A DNA stretch of 64,000 nt, taken from positions 4,760-68,759 of the IMG/VR virus record IMGVR_UViG_3300032323_003610. One strand, 5' to 3'. Positions 48,695 to 58,273 of this stretch are shown piece after piece (positions within the stretch are counted from its first letter, which is position 1; the number at the start of each line of letters is the position of its first letter). The stretch is from a virus. A model generated the notes under the pieces. That model searched no databases, was not told the DNA's origin, and worked only from the letters and a program-made list of their open reading frames with translations. Made by a program: the position numbers and the translations under genes.

Positions 48695-50172
48695 TTGTTT
48701 TTCTCTCTAAAGTAATTTCTCAACGCAGGTTGATCCAGCTTGAACCCATTGCTGTATGTGTCTTTTTGCAGATAGTCAAAATCTGTAAATTTGATTTCGA
48801 GTTTGTTGTACATGTTCGAATTCACATCATCAAAATCAATCTTGCCTTGCCATACGATCAGATAAAGATTTTGATAGTGCGGATCCATACATATATCAAA
48901 CTCTCCATCAAATACTTCCTTGACGGTTTCAATCACATTGGCCAGTTTGAATTCAACATGATCGATTCTGTAGAAATTGTCTCGGCCCAGGTGATAAAAA
49001 CCGGTTTCTACCGAACCTTCAAATTTATCGTCTAACTGTTTAATGTCATCATACCATTCGGGGCATGCTACACTTAATGTTTGTCCATCTAAAAAATATT
49101 CAAACGCATTGTCTGGCGGATAACCTACAAAATTTTCTTTGTAAGTATTAACATCTTCGTTGGGTGTTATATGCTTCATCAACACCGGAGACATGGTTTC
49201 TGTAGTTCCAAGTATTGCTATTATCTTTGTGGCGTTTGTTTGTTTTACATAGTTCAAGTATTTTTTAGGAACATATTGTCCACCGATGATCATGTTGAAC
49301 TCGTGCTCAAATTTGATTTGATTGGCAATCATATACTCCATGACTTTTTCCATGATGAATCGAGCCGAAAACGCAATCTGATTGATCTGATTGTCTCTAA
49401 TGTATCCTACAAATTTTTCTAATTGGTCTTGTGTGATTTTGTTTGAAATTGCGATGCTGTAATGATTTTCAATTTTGTGCAAGGCCGGCATAAAAAAGTC
49501 TGTCAGCACAAAAGGATGATGCATATTTCTAGTATGACATGCATGATCGTCACTGGAAAAACCATACACAGACACATTTCTTTCTGCATTTCTATACAAT
49601 TGACAGTGTGTGTAAGGCACTAGTTTTGGTTTTCCTGTGCTGCCACTGGTTGTTGTGATGGTTGCAATATCGTCTGGTTTGGCAAACACCGTGGTCAATA
49701 GCTGTTCATACACAGCGTGATCTTTGATTTCATAGTCATAAAACACCTGCTTGAAAATAACAGTCTTTCCATAATACCGGGCCAGGGCGACCAACAGTTC
49801 AGATTCTTCGGCCTGCTCATCTAAGATAAACAGGTCAATGTCACCATACACTGCAACAATCTCGTCCATTTTATCGGTTCTACCACTGGTGGTAGCAGGC
49901 ATGTCTGGACTGATGACCAATCTTGCTCCTAACTCCAAAACAGCTAAAAATAATGTGCAATAACTAAACCTAATGGTTCGGTCATACAAGACCACAGTGC
50001 TACCAGGACGAATTCCATAGCCTTCGTACAGTATGGTTTTCCAGTAGGTGATGTCCTCCACACAATTTTGATAGTTCTTTGTGGGCAACTCAGGGCCATC
50101 GTAGAATTTTATATTTTTTGGTAGAAAATTTCTACTAATAATTTCGTCGGGTTTGGGCATAGGTGTAATCAT
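48691..50172 (-). CDS. Adenylate-forming (AMP-binding) enzyme
   Basis: TTTSGSTGKPK (A3), GG...LGTTET (A5), Y.LGR motifs. Confidence 0.75.
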   Translation of the reverse strand: MITPMPKPDEIISRNFLPKNIKFYDGPELPTKNYQNCVEDITYWKTILYEGYGIRPGSTVVLYDRTIRFSYCTLFLAVLELGARLVISPDMPATTSGRTDKMDEIVAVYGDIDLFILDEQAEESELLVALARYYGKTVIFKQVFYDYEIKDHAVYEQLLTTVFAKPDDIATITTTSGSTGKPKLVPYTHCQLYRNAERNVSVYGFSSDDHACHTRNMHHPFVLTDFFMPALHKIENHYSIAISNKITQDQLEKFVGYIRDNQINQIAFSARFIMEKVMEYMIANQIKFEHEFNMIIGGQYVPKKYLNYVKQTNATKIIAILGTTETMSPVLMKHITPNEDVNTYKENFVGYPPDNAFEYFLDGQTLSVACPEWYDDIKQLDDKFEGSVETGFYHLGRDNFYRIDHVEFKLANVIETVKEVFDGEFDICMDPHYQNLYLIVWQGKIDFDDVNSNMYNKLEIKFTDFDYLQKDTYSNGFKLDQPALRNYFREKNK

Positions 50173-51182
50173 AAATTTTGATAGATTTGTAATAGTAATT
50201 TTGGATCGTAAAACTCTGAAGAGATGTTTGTGATTTGATCCGTGACAATTTGATCTACGGATTCAAATCGAACTTCTCCTGGTGCCATATCTGTGTCCAC
50301 AGAATTATTTTTTACTGGAATCAAGGCCATTTCACGCAAACTGTAATCCTTGACAAAGGTATCCTTGATAAAATTTGCCTCTTCATAACTGATATCAATG
50401 TCCAATTCTACACGCACATGCATGTTGGGAACTAATATATTGGATGCGTTATCAATTACTTGGCTTAGTTTAAGCACACGATACAACGGTTGACCTGGCC
50501 AGGCATGATATTCTGGTTCGCTACCCCACTCTAATATCATCATACCGCGAGCATCATCGCCCGCATCGGCAAAGTTGTGCGGAAAACAATTGCCAATATA
50601 GTTGATGTTTTTTTTCTGTTGCCGTAAATGAAAATGCCCAGAAAATACCTTGTCGACCCCGCCAAAACTATCAACTCCAACTTCGCCGTGATCTGGCATT
50701 TCTACCATGGCATTCATTTTGAAATGTGGCAACTCAAAATGCCCAAACATATACTTAGCTGACATTTTGGGAATTTTTTTATGATCGTCTCCGACCAGCC
50801 AGGGCGCGATTACCACATCACCATCCGAAAACCAGTCGTTGACAATCTGTATATTAGGAATGTGTTTGGCCCACTCAGTTGAGTAGATATCACGTTTATC
50901 ACGATAATATAAGTCGTGATTGCCAGGAATAAAATAAAATCTATCAAATGCTGCTGATAATTTTTCTAGGCTACGCAAACTATACTGTAGAGTCTGCATG
51001 TTTATGGCCGCTCGTTGATGACTCCAGTCGCCCAGGAACATGCCGGTTTCGCAACCGTTCTGTTTGGCTGTAGCTATAAACCAGTCAATAAAATCGCTAC
51101 AGTCTTGATTATGCACAAGACTGTTGGATTTTAAACCAAAGTGAATATCGGTACATACTGCTACTTTTTTAAATAGGCTCAT
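50169..51182 (-). CDS. Recombination endonuclease subunit (gp47/SbcD/Mre11-like)
   Basis: TDIHFG, FLGD, GNHD, FGHFE, SGHFH metallophosphoesterase motifs. Confidence 0.95.
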   Translation of the reverse strand: MSLFKKVAVCTDIHFGLKSNSLVHNQDCSDFIDWFIATAKQNGCETGMFLGDWSHQRAAINMQTLQYSLRSLEKLSAAFDRFYFIPGNHDLYYRDKRDIYSTEWAKHIPNIQIVNDWFSDGDVVIAPWLVGDDHKKIPKMSAKYMFGHFELPHFKMNAMVEMPDHGEVGVDSFGGVDKVFSGHFHLRQQKKNINYIGNCFPHNFADAGDDARGMMILEWGSEPEYHAWPGQPLYRVLKLSQVIDNASNILVPNMHVRVELDIDISYEEANFIKDTFVKDYSLREMALIPVKNNSVDTDMAPGEVRFESVDQIVTDQITNISSEFYDPKLLLQIYQNL

Positions 51183-51189
51183 AGCTACT

Positions 51190-51220
51190 AGTATACACTA
51201 CAGATTTGTGTTTTACAACC
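51190..51220 (-). promoter_or_regulatory. Sigma70-type promoter
   Basis: GGTTGTAA-17nt-TATACT, 7 nt before ATG 51182. Confidence 0.65.
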
Positions 51221-51227
51221 GGTCTGG

Positions 51228-52142
51228 TCAAGTTTCGTTGTTGTATTCGGCAATGTCTATGTTCGTGACTACAGCACCCCAGTTGGGGTTCTTCTTGCCT
51301 GCATTTTGTCTAGTCCAACTAGGGTTCAGTCCAGCCTGTTCCAACATGTCATCACGAATGTTTTGATTTTTCTTTTCCAAATTTAAAATACGTGTAAACG
51401 AATTGGTAATGGCCGCTGTGTAGTAGGCAAATGGATTTTGTGATTTTGATTCGTCAAACTGTAGACCAATTTGGCTCAACTGTAACAAGGCCTGTCCACG
51501 CATTTCTTCATTGTAAGTGTAGCCACGCCAGTTGCTACGGGTAGCATAGCGTTCACACAGTTTCATGTACATGGTGGCCAAAGTTCTAGTAGCCTGCCCG
51601 TGATCCTTGCTGAATTCTCCAGTTTCAAAGTCGCCCTTCCAGTGGCTCTTGCCCACTTGGATCAGTTGTTTGTTTTCATCCAGTCGATAGTGGTAAAATG
51701 GAGGAAAGTTTAGACGCACATGTTTTTCGTCCAGGACAGGGATATCCAGCAATTCGGCCAAGGGATCATCCTCGGCATCCAGTTCCAACTCAAAAATGTC
51801 TTCAATTTTTTTCTTTTTGCTGGCATTTTTTGGTACTTTTTTGGGCGCCATGGGTATGTGTTCCCAACAGGTCACACGGAATACTAGATCAGTATTGGCG
51901 ATCTTTTTTGGATCAACAATGATGCCTTCACGCTTGAGTCTGTCGGCACGATTTCTACGGGCCTCTGCAATGGTACGCTGATTGATCTTGGCCACTGTGG
52001 GCAGGATAATGTCATACTGGTGATCGTTTACCGGATCTGTATATGCGCAGTAGGTGTTTTTGCTGAGATGTATCTGTTTTAATATGTCACGATTATTTAA
52101 ATAATTCGTTTTTGCTGGGGTTCTTGGCAAGGTTGTGGCCAC
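51228..52142 (-). CDS. Late-transcription sigma factor (gp55-like)
   Basis: NYLNNRDIL...NWRGYTYNEEM...FDESKS.NPFAYYT..I.NSF.R.L..EKK. GTG start at 52142 with AGGAG SD. Confidence 0.85.
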   Translation of the reverse strand: MATTLPRTPAKTNYLNNRDILKQIHLSKNTYCAYTDPVNDHQYDIILPTVAKINQRTIAEARRNRADRLKREGIIVDPKKIANTDLVFRVTCWEHIPMAPKKVPKNASKKKKIEDIFELELDAEDDPLAELLDIPVLDEKHVRLNFPPFYHYRLDENKQLIQVGKSHWKGDFETGEFSKDHGQATRTLATMYMKLCERYATRSNWRGYTYNEEMRGQALLQLSQIGLQFDESKSQNPFAYYTAAITNSFTRILNLEKKNQNIRDDMLEQAGLNPSWTRQNAGKKNPNWGAVVTNIDIAEYNNET

Positions 52143-52162
52143 GGACGGGTCTCCTAATAGTG

Positions 52163-52197
52163 TATTTATTTTAGCATAGTTTTGGTGTTTGTCAACC
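52163..52197 (-). promoter_or_regulatory. Overlapping sigma70 and late promoters for the gp55-like gene
   Basis: GGTTGACA-16nt-TAAAAT overlapping TAAATA (52168-52163). Confidence 0.6.
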
Positions 52198-52254
52198 TTT
52201 ATAACATAATCTGAGCCGTTTATTTTTGCAATAAATACATGATAGGAAATTGAC

Positions 52255-53277
52255 ATGGCCATTAATGAATTCCCACAAGATGTAGGCAACCCACCTGATC
52301 CGCAAGTTAGTTCGGGCGAAGAACCGGCAGTGCCAGCATCTTCAGTACGGTTTTCTGCTGCTGATCTTGATGCGCTGGCAGCTGCCAATGGAGTGGATGC
52401 CGGCAACACCGACATCGAAGTAGGAACTACTGATGCACAGTTGTTTGACGCAGAAGCCAGAGTTACTTCGCAAGTGCGCCAAGCACAAAACCAAGAAACC
52501 ACAGCAAACCTGACACAGTTTCCGCGCAACACCGACTGGCGAGTGACCTTGAGATTGGCGCCTGGGGCCAACTATCTATATAACGCACCAGATGCAGGCT
52601 TACTGCAACCACTCAAAACCACCAATGGCGTGGTGTTTCCGTTTACGCCAGCTATCAGCACAGCCTACAAGGCTGTCTATTCGGACTACAATCTTACTCA
52701 TTCAAACTATCGTGGGTACTTTTATCAAAACAGTTACACTGACGCGATCAATCTCACAGCCACTTTCACAGCGCAAAGCACAAGTGATGCGGCCTATGTG
52801 CTGGCAGTGATACACTTTTTTCGATCAGTGACCAAGATGTTTTACGGGCAGGATGCGCAACGTGGATCGCCGCCGCCGTTGACATACCTGAGTGGCCTGG
52901 GCGATTATCAATTCAACAATCACCCTTGCCTGGTCACTCAGTTCAACTATACCTTGCCAGCCGACGTGGACTATATCAGTTCAGGATCACCCAACAATCT
53001 GGGTTTGAATCTACAACCGCTACAAAATCTCTATAGCACCACACTGAATGCCGTGGCACCAACTGTAACTAGACTAGCGTCAGCATTCTTGCCGGTTGGC
53101 GCACAAAACAACATTCCTGCACCGTTACAGGCTCTGTTGGCCAATCCTACCTATGTGCCCACCAAAATGGACATGCAGATTACCCTGCTGCCAGTGCAGA
53201 GTCGCAGTCAGGTCAGCAAACAGTTTAGCCTTAGAAACTTTGCCAATGGCAATCTGCTGAGAGGAGGGTTCTGGTAA
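52255..53277 (+). CDS. Baseplate tail-tube cap/initiator (gp48/54-like)
   Basis: GVVFPFTP...THSNY...HFFRSVTKMFYG...PPP...LSGLG...LP.DVDY, upstream of gp53. Confidence 0.7.
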   Translation: MAINEFPQDVGNPPDPQVSSGEEPAVPASSVRFSAADLDALAAANGVDAGNTDIEVGTTDAQLFDAEARVTSQVRQAQNQETTANLTQFPRNTDWRVTLRLAPGANYLYNAPDAGLLQPLKTTNGVVFPFTPAISTAYKAVYSDYNLTHSNYRGYFYQNSYTDAINLTATFTAQSTSDAAYVLAVIHFFRSVTKMFYGQDAQRGSPPPLTYLSGLGDYQFNNHPCLVTQFNYTLPADVDYISSGSPNNLGLNLQPLQNLYSTTLNAVAPTVTRLASAFLPVGAQNNIPAPLQALLANPTYVPTKMDMQITLLPVQSRSQVSKQFSLRNFANGNLLRGGFW

Positions 53278-53579
53278 TGGCCGGCAACTACAGTGCAACC
53301 AGTCCGTATTTTCTCACAGGCTACAGTCAGTTCTTCCTGGATGTCATGGTCAACAGGCCTATACCCCGCAGTGCCGACGATCTCTTGTTTACCATCAACA
53401 CCACATTTGAATATAGGCCAGATCTCTTAGCGTTTGACCTGTACGGTGATGCTGGCCTCTGGTGGGTGTTTTATCAACGCAACCCCAATACCCTAACAGC
53501 TCCACCCATGGACTTTGAAGCTGGCGCAGTGATATATCTGCCCAAGTTGGACACACTAAAATCAGTGCTAGGATTCTGA
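53277..53579 (+). CDS. Baseplate wedge protein (gp53-like, LysM-like)
   Basis: YRPDLLAFDLYG..LWWVF.QRNP...DF..G..IYLP. Confidence 0.88.
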   Translation: MAGNYSATSPYFLTGYSQFFLDVMVNRPIPRSADDLLFTINTTFEYRPDLLAFDLYGDAGLWWVFYQRNPNTLTAPPMDFEAGAVIYLPKLDTLKSVLGF

Positions 53580-53580
53580 T

Positions 53581-54966
53581 ATGAGTAGTCTAAATGCCAA
53601 ACCTGGTTATAGCGAAGCCAACAGCCAGTATCGGGCACTCAAACAACAAGTTGACACACTGCTAGATCAGCGTGACGCAGCAGCTAGAGAATTTGGCATT
53701 GACTCCCCACAGGCACAACAGTATCAAGCACAGGCTTCTGCACTTGCTCCGCAGGTTATCGAAGCTAACAACCGTGTACAGGAAATCATACAGGCCCCTA
53801 CTGATCCCAATCTGGCCAGCCCTACGGTAACTACCGGACAGTCACAAAGCACGCCGGCCGCCAATGCCAGAGATGATGGTCCTAACCAGGCACCCACTTC
53901 GGGTGGTGTGGGCGCAGGGACCAGTCGCAATGCTGCTAACAGTCGCGGCAGTGACAACACGCCACCTGCATCCAGCAACACCGCACAACAGATTATCAAT
54001 CAAACTTTTGCCAATCAACGCATTGTGGCTCAGCCAAACGTGCTGGATCAATATGCCAGCTATACCTATGCTATTTCGTGGTGGCTATTGACGCCTAGTC
54101 AGTACAACTCTTTGACCACTGGACTTGCGCCTGCTCCTGGGTCTGGCAACTGGAGTCTGCTGATGCAGAGCGGCGGCGCACCCATTGCAGGTCGTAACCA
54201 ATTCTTCCCCAACGATTATTACTTGGATGATCTAGAGATTGAAACAGTGTTGATGGGCAAGGGCACTGGTATGAGCACCAACGGCATGACCCTTAAATTT
54301 AAAGTGGTGGAACCCAACGGCCTGACCTTGATACAAAACCTCTACAGTGCTGTGCAGGGCGCCGCACTCAATACTTCTGCGCAAACTAGTCAACAAGCAG
54401 CGTCAGGAACGACCACACCCGGCACAGTCAATGCCAATCAAACTAGCCAGCCACCCAACTACGGTGCTGCACAGTACTGCCTGACCATAGAGTTTTACGG
54501 CTACGATGAACGTGGCAACCTGGTTGCACCTGCTCGTGGTCAGATCAGCACTACAGGGCAACTGGCCACAACCAATCCACAGTCGGTGATCAAAAAATAC
54601 TATCCATTCTTGATTGAAAATATCACATTCCGCACAGTGGCCAATCAGGTTGAATATTATGTTGTGGGCAATCCTGTGCCTTACGACACCGGCACCAGCC
54701 AGGCACGTGGCACTATACCTTTTGCGTTTCAGCTGTCAGGACAAACAGTGGGCCAATTGTTGCAGGGCGGTCCTGCTGTAACAGCCACAGCTCAGGCCAG
54801 TCCCGGTGAAAGAACTTCCAGGCCAGCGCCTAACATGAATGAAGTAATGCAAGCCAGCGACCGAGTGGCGGCCACCAATGCCGGAGTTGATGCCAATGGT
54901 AATTTCACTGGCAGTACCGCCGGCAGCGGAGTCCCCGGGTCAATTTCTTCAGTGTTAGGAGCATAA
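53581..54966 (+). CDS. Baseplate hub protein, N-terminal part (gp27-like, inferred)
   Basis: NVLDQYASYTY...DYYLDDLEI...FKVVEPNG...L.IEFYGYD, located between gp53 and gp5. Confidence 0.55.
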   Translation: MSSLNAKPGYSEANSQYRALKQQVDTLLDQRDAAAREFGIDSPQAQQYQAQASALAPQVIEANNRVQEIIQAPTDPNLASPTVTTGQSQSTPAANARDDGPNQAPTSGGVGAGTSRNAANSRGSDNTPPASSNTAQQIINQTFANQRIVAQPNVLDQYASYTYAISWWLLTPSQYNSLTTGLAPAPGSGNWSLLMQSGGAPIAGRNQFFPNDYYLDDLEIETVLMGKGTGMSTNGMTLKFKVVEPNGLTLIQNLYSAVQGAALNTSAQTSQQAASGTTTPGTVNANQTSQPPNYGAAQYCLTIEFYGYDERGNLVAPARGQISTTGQLATTNPQSVIKKYYPFLIENITFRTVANQVEYYVVGNPVPYDTGTSQARGTIPFAFQLSGQTVGQLLQGGPAVTATAQASPGERTSRPAPNMNEVMQASDRVAATNAGVDANGNFTGSTAGSGVPGSISSVLGA

Positions 54967-54970
54967 CATC

Positions 54971-56749
54971 ATGTCAGATCCATTGAATCCTGGATTTGGC
55001 ACTAATGAAGGTGGCGCAGCCTTTGGAAATCCTCGACTGGCTCGCCAGGGTGCTAGAGCTGCCATATCAAGAGCTACAGGAACAGATGCCCGTGTTGCAC
55101 CTCCGGCAGCAGTACCAGCGCAACCCACAACAGCACCGCCCAACGCTACAGCAGCTCCCAGCAAAGGCGCCAACAATCAGTTTGTAGGTTTATGCGACGC
55201 ACTTAACCAGTATCAACAGAATCTAGTAAAACGCGGCACCTATGGAGTAGCCGACGAGTATGCCATAGAATTTGCCCCACCGGCCATAGGTGCGTCAGAA
55301 GTGATCAAACCTGGTCCAGTGACCTACAGAAATACCGCAGGCAAAAATGTCAAAACTGCCGAAGACAAATTGGATAGCAAAACAGATTCTGTTAATGTCA
55401 ACAGCCAGAATTGGAATGTGTTGGCAGGCACGCAAATTGTACAATTTATTGATCAGGTCATGCGCAGCAGTAGATACATCACTGATCAACAAAAGGTCAA
55501 CTTTGACGAAAATGGCAAACAAACCAAAAATGCCACAGCAGGCGCCAACGGGGTCACAGCCTGGTACAAGATCAGTGTCACTGCCAAACAATTGGCCTAC
55601 GACAACAAGCGAAGAGATCATGCATACCGTATGACATTTACAATCAGCCCATATGCTATCAATCAGATGGCCAGTCCCTATTTTCCTGACAGCACATACC
55701 GCGGCGCCCACAAGGTATACAACTACTGGTTTACCGGACTCAACACCCAGATTCTAAGTTATGAACAAGAATACAACCATGCCTATTACACAACTTTGAG
55801 TGGCAACCCAGATGCTCTAGCCGTACCACCACCCAGCGGCCGCGACCAGTTCAAACAAACACACATGGCCACCAGTGAACAGCGCGGTCAGGGGCAGGCC
55901 AACTATGTGAACGAGCCTGCAGACTCGGCTGCATCTTTTTTGTACAGCGTATCAGATTTTAGCCAGGTACAAATGAAAATTGTTGGTGATCCTGCTTTTA
56001 TGCAACAAGGCGAAGTGGCCTTTGGTGTCAATGCCAGAGCATTTGAGTTCAGGCCATTCAATGCCGACGGTGGTATAAACTACGACAGTCAGGAAGTGAC
56101 CTTTACTGTGAGTTTTAACAGACCCACCGACTACAACTTCAATACCGGCATCATGAACACCAACTCACCCTCGGGCGCACCCCAGGAAACATTTGCTTAC
56201 ATTGCTACCAATTGTAAAAACGTTTTTAGCAAAGGTCAGTTTACCCAGGAATTGGTGGGTTCATTGTTGCCACTCAGCAACACGTCCAAGCCGCCATCTA
56301 CCAACGGTCGAGAAACCACAGCGGCCAGTGCTTCGCGTACTACCAATATCAGGGGAGAGTCGTTGGGTTATGAAGTGCGTGACGAAACTGGAGCACTGTC
56401 TAATCTTAGACAAAATGAGTATGGTGACCTGTATGATCCTGCCGGTACAGCTGGTTCGGCCTTGCCGGTGCCTCGCCCGGCTCCTCCACCGCAACCTGCA
56501 ACCAGTACCGGCGATATACAAAATAATATAATCAGCCCAGAATTTGGATTTGAAGAGTCTTTGTCACTGGCTTCAAGACCACGACGCAACTTTGGTCAAA
56601 CTGATATTGATTTCGCAACTCAGTCAGCCCTGATACCCACAGCGCCAACTCCAGTTCCAAGACGAAACTTTGGTCAAAACGATATTGACTTTGCAACTCA
56701 GTCTGCCGTCGTTCCAACACCACCACAAATCATGAATAGAGACACATAA
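54971..56749 (+). CDS. Baseplate hub protein, C-terminal part (gp27-like, inferred)
   Basis: GTQIVQFIDQV...K.YNYWFTGLNTQIL...MKIVGDP...FSKGQFTQEL. Confidence 0.55.
   Translation: MSDPLNPGFGTNEGGAAFGNPRLARQGARAAISRATGTDARVAPPAAVPAQPTTAPPNATAAPSKGANNQFVGLCDALNQYQQNLVKRGTYGVADEYAIEFAPPAIGASEVIKPGPVTYRNTAGKNVKTAEDKLDSKTDSVNVNSQNWNVLAGTQIVQFIDQVMRSSRYITDQQKVNFDENGKQTKNATAGANGVTAWYKISVTAKQLAYDNKRRDHAYRMTFTISPYAINQMASPYFPDSTYRGAHKVYNYWFTGLNTQILSYEQEYNHAYYTTLSGNPDALAVPPPSGRDQFKQTHMATSEQRGQGQANYVNEPADSAASFLYSVSDFSQVQMKIVGDPAFMQQGEVAFGVNARAFEFRPFNADGGINYDSQEVTFTVSFNRPTDYNFNTGIMNTNSPSGAPQETFAYIATNCKNVFSKGQFTQELVGSLLPLSNTSKPPSTNGRETTAASASRTTNIRGESLGYEVRDETGALSNLRQNEYGDLYDPAGTAGSALPVPRPAPPPQPATSTGDIQNNIISPEFGFEESLSLASRPRRNFGQTDIDFATQSALIPTAPTPVPRRNFGQNDIDFATQSAVVPTPPQIMNRDT
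56579..56720 (+). repeat. Two-copy 78-nt tandem repeat (PRRNFGQxDIDFATQSA)
   Basis: Units start at 56579 and 56657. Confidence 0.85.
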
Positions 56750-58272
56750 TGGCCGGCGAAAATATCAACCGCAACACAGGACAACCAAGAAACTACAAGA
56801 TGGACCGTGGCGGCATGCCCACGGAAATGGGTCCGTTTATTGGTCGTGTTACCAACAACGTGGATCCTACTAGATCGGGTCGATTACAGGTTTATATAGA
56901 ATTGTTTGGCGGCCCCAACGCCGATGATCCCACACTGTGGCGCACAGTGAACTACTGTCCTCCTTTTTATGGTGCAACGCCTGCAGGTGCTGCTGCTGGC
57001 ACTGGTGCGTTTGAACAGGGCAATCCACAAAGCTATGGCATGTGGTTTACCCCACCCGACATAGGTGTGCAGGTCTTGTGTTTCTTTGTAGGCGGCGATC
57101 CCAATCAGGGCTACTATGTGGGTTGTATTCCGGATCAAGGCATCATACACATGATTCCGGCTGTGGGGTCCGTACCCAAGAGTCAAGCAGTCACACAGAA
57201 CGAAACACAGACCAGCTACTTTGCTGGATCCACCCGTTTGCCAGTCACGGAAATCAACAATTCAAATACAGCCATTGCTGACAATCCCAAGTACTTTGAT
57301 CAACCCAAACCGGTGCACAGCTATGTGGCCGGTGTCCTATTCCAACAGGGCTTGATCAATGACCCTATACGTGGATCAATTGGCAGTACCAGTCAGCGCG
57401 AAAGTCCCAGCGGCTGCTACGGAATCAGCACTCCGGGTCGGGCAATTTATCAAGGCGGCATTGGTGGGGGAGCCGGTGGAGACGCAGGAGTAACCAGTCA
57501 ATCACTGTCCAATCAGCCAGCCACAGCCACCGAAGTAATTGCTCGCCGCGGCGGACATACCTTGGTCATGGACGACGGTGACCTCAATGGCAAAGATAAT
57601 CTCGTTCGTATTCGTACCAGCAAAGGCCATCAGATCACCATGAGTGACGACGGCAATTGCTTGTATATTTGTCATGCCAATGGCCAAGCCTACATTGAGC
57701 TTGGACAAGAAGGTACCTTAGATGTATACACTACCAACAGTGTAAATCTACGCACGCAGGGCACTGTAAATATACATGCAGATGATGACATTAACATGTT
57801 TGCTGGCGGCCGCATCAACATGAAAAGCAACAAGGGCACTACCATGCAGAGCGATGCAGACATGGGCATAAGCAACAAGGGTCAACTGACCCTGTTTAGT
57901 CAAGCCGGCATTGGCCTAAAAACTTCTGGTACCCTGGCCATGATGAGCCAGTTGGGCAGTTGGGCCGCCAGCTCTACATTAAGTTTTAATGGAGATAAAC
58001 TGAATCTCAATGGCGGACCCAGAGTGGAGGTGGCTACGCCCGCAGGGTTAACCAAATACTTGTTGCCCAAGGTGGAATTCAATGCCAGTCTGGGTTGGGT
58101 GGCGCAACCCACGGGTCTAGATAGCATAGTGACTCGAGCACCCACACATGAGCCTTACCCTTACCATAATCAAGGTGTGGCCACATCAGTCAAATTAGCA
58201 GGCCCAGCACCCACGCCACCACCGGCAACTCCGTCGGTTCCGCCTGGAGTAACAATTACCAAAACAGCCTAA
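56749..58272 (+). CDS. Baseplate central spike (gp5/VgrG-like OB-fold + beta-helix)
   Basis: DPTRSGRLQV...SYGMWFTPPDIG..VL..F, GGHTLVMDDG...RIRTSKGHQI.M.D, C-terminal PTHEPYPYH. Confidence 0.88.
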   Translation: MAGENINRNTGQPRNYKMDRGGMPTEMGPFIGRVTNNVDPTRSGRLQVYIELFGGPNADDPTLWRTVNYCPPFYGATPAGAAAGTGAFEQGNPQSYGMWFTPPDIGVQVLCFFVGGDPNQGYYVGCIPDQGIIHMIPAVGSVPKSQAVTQNETQTSYFAGSTRLPVTEINNSNTAIADNPKYFDQPKPVHSYVAGVLFQQGLINDPIRGSIGSTSQRESPSGCYGISTPGRAIYQGGIGGGAGGDAGVTSQSLSNQPATATEVIARRGGHTLVMDDGDLNGKDNLVRIRTSKGHQITMSDDGNCLYICHANGQAYIELGQEGTLDVYTTNSVNLRTQGTVNIHADDDINMFAGGRINMKSNKGTTMQSDADMGISNKGQLTLFSQAGIGLKTSGTLAMMSQLGSWAASSTLSFNGDKLNLNGGPRVEVATPAGLTKYLLPKVEFNASLGWVAQPTGLDSIVTRAPTHEPYPYHNQGVATSVKLAGPAPTPPPATPSVPPGVTITKTA

Positions 58273-58273
58273 T

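Noticed and set aside
52143-52571. N-terminal extension of the 447-aa sigma ORF
   Set aside because: It overlaps promoters and the opposite-strand baseplate gene. The real start is probably GTG 52142 with an AGGAG SD.
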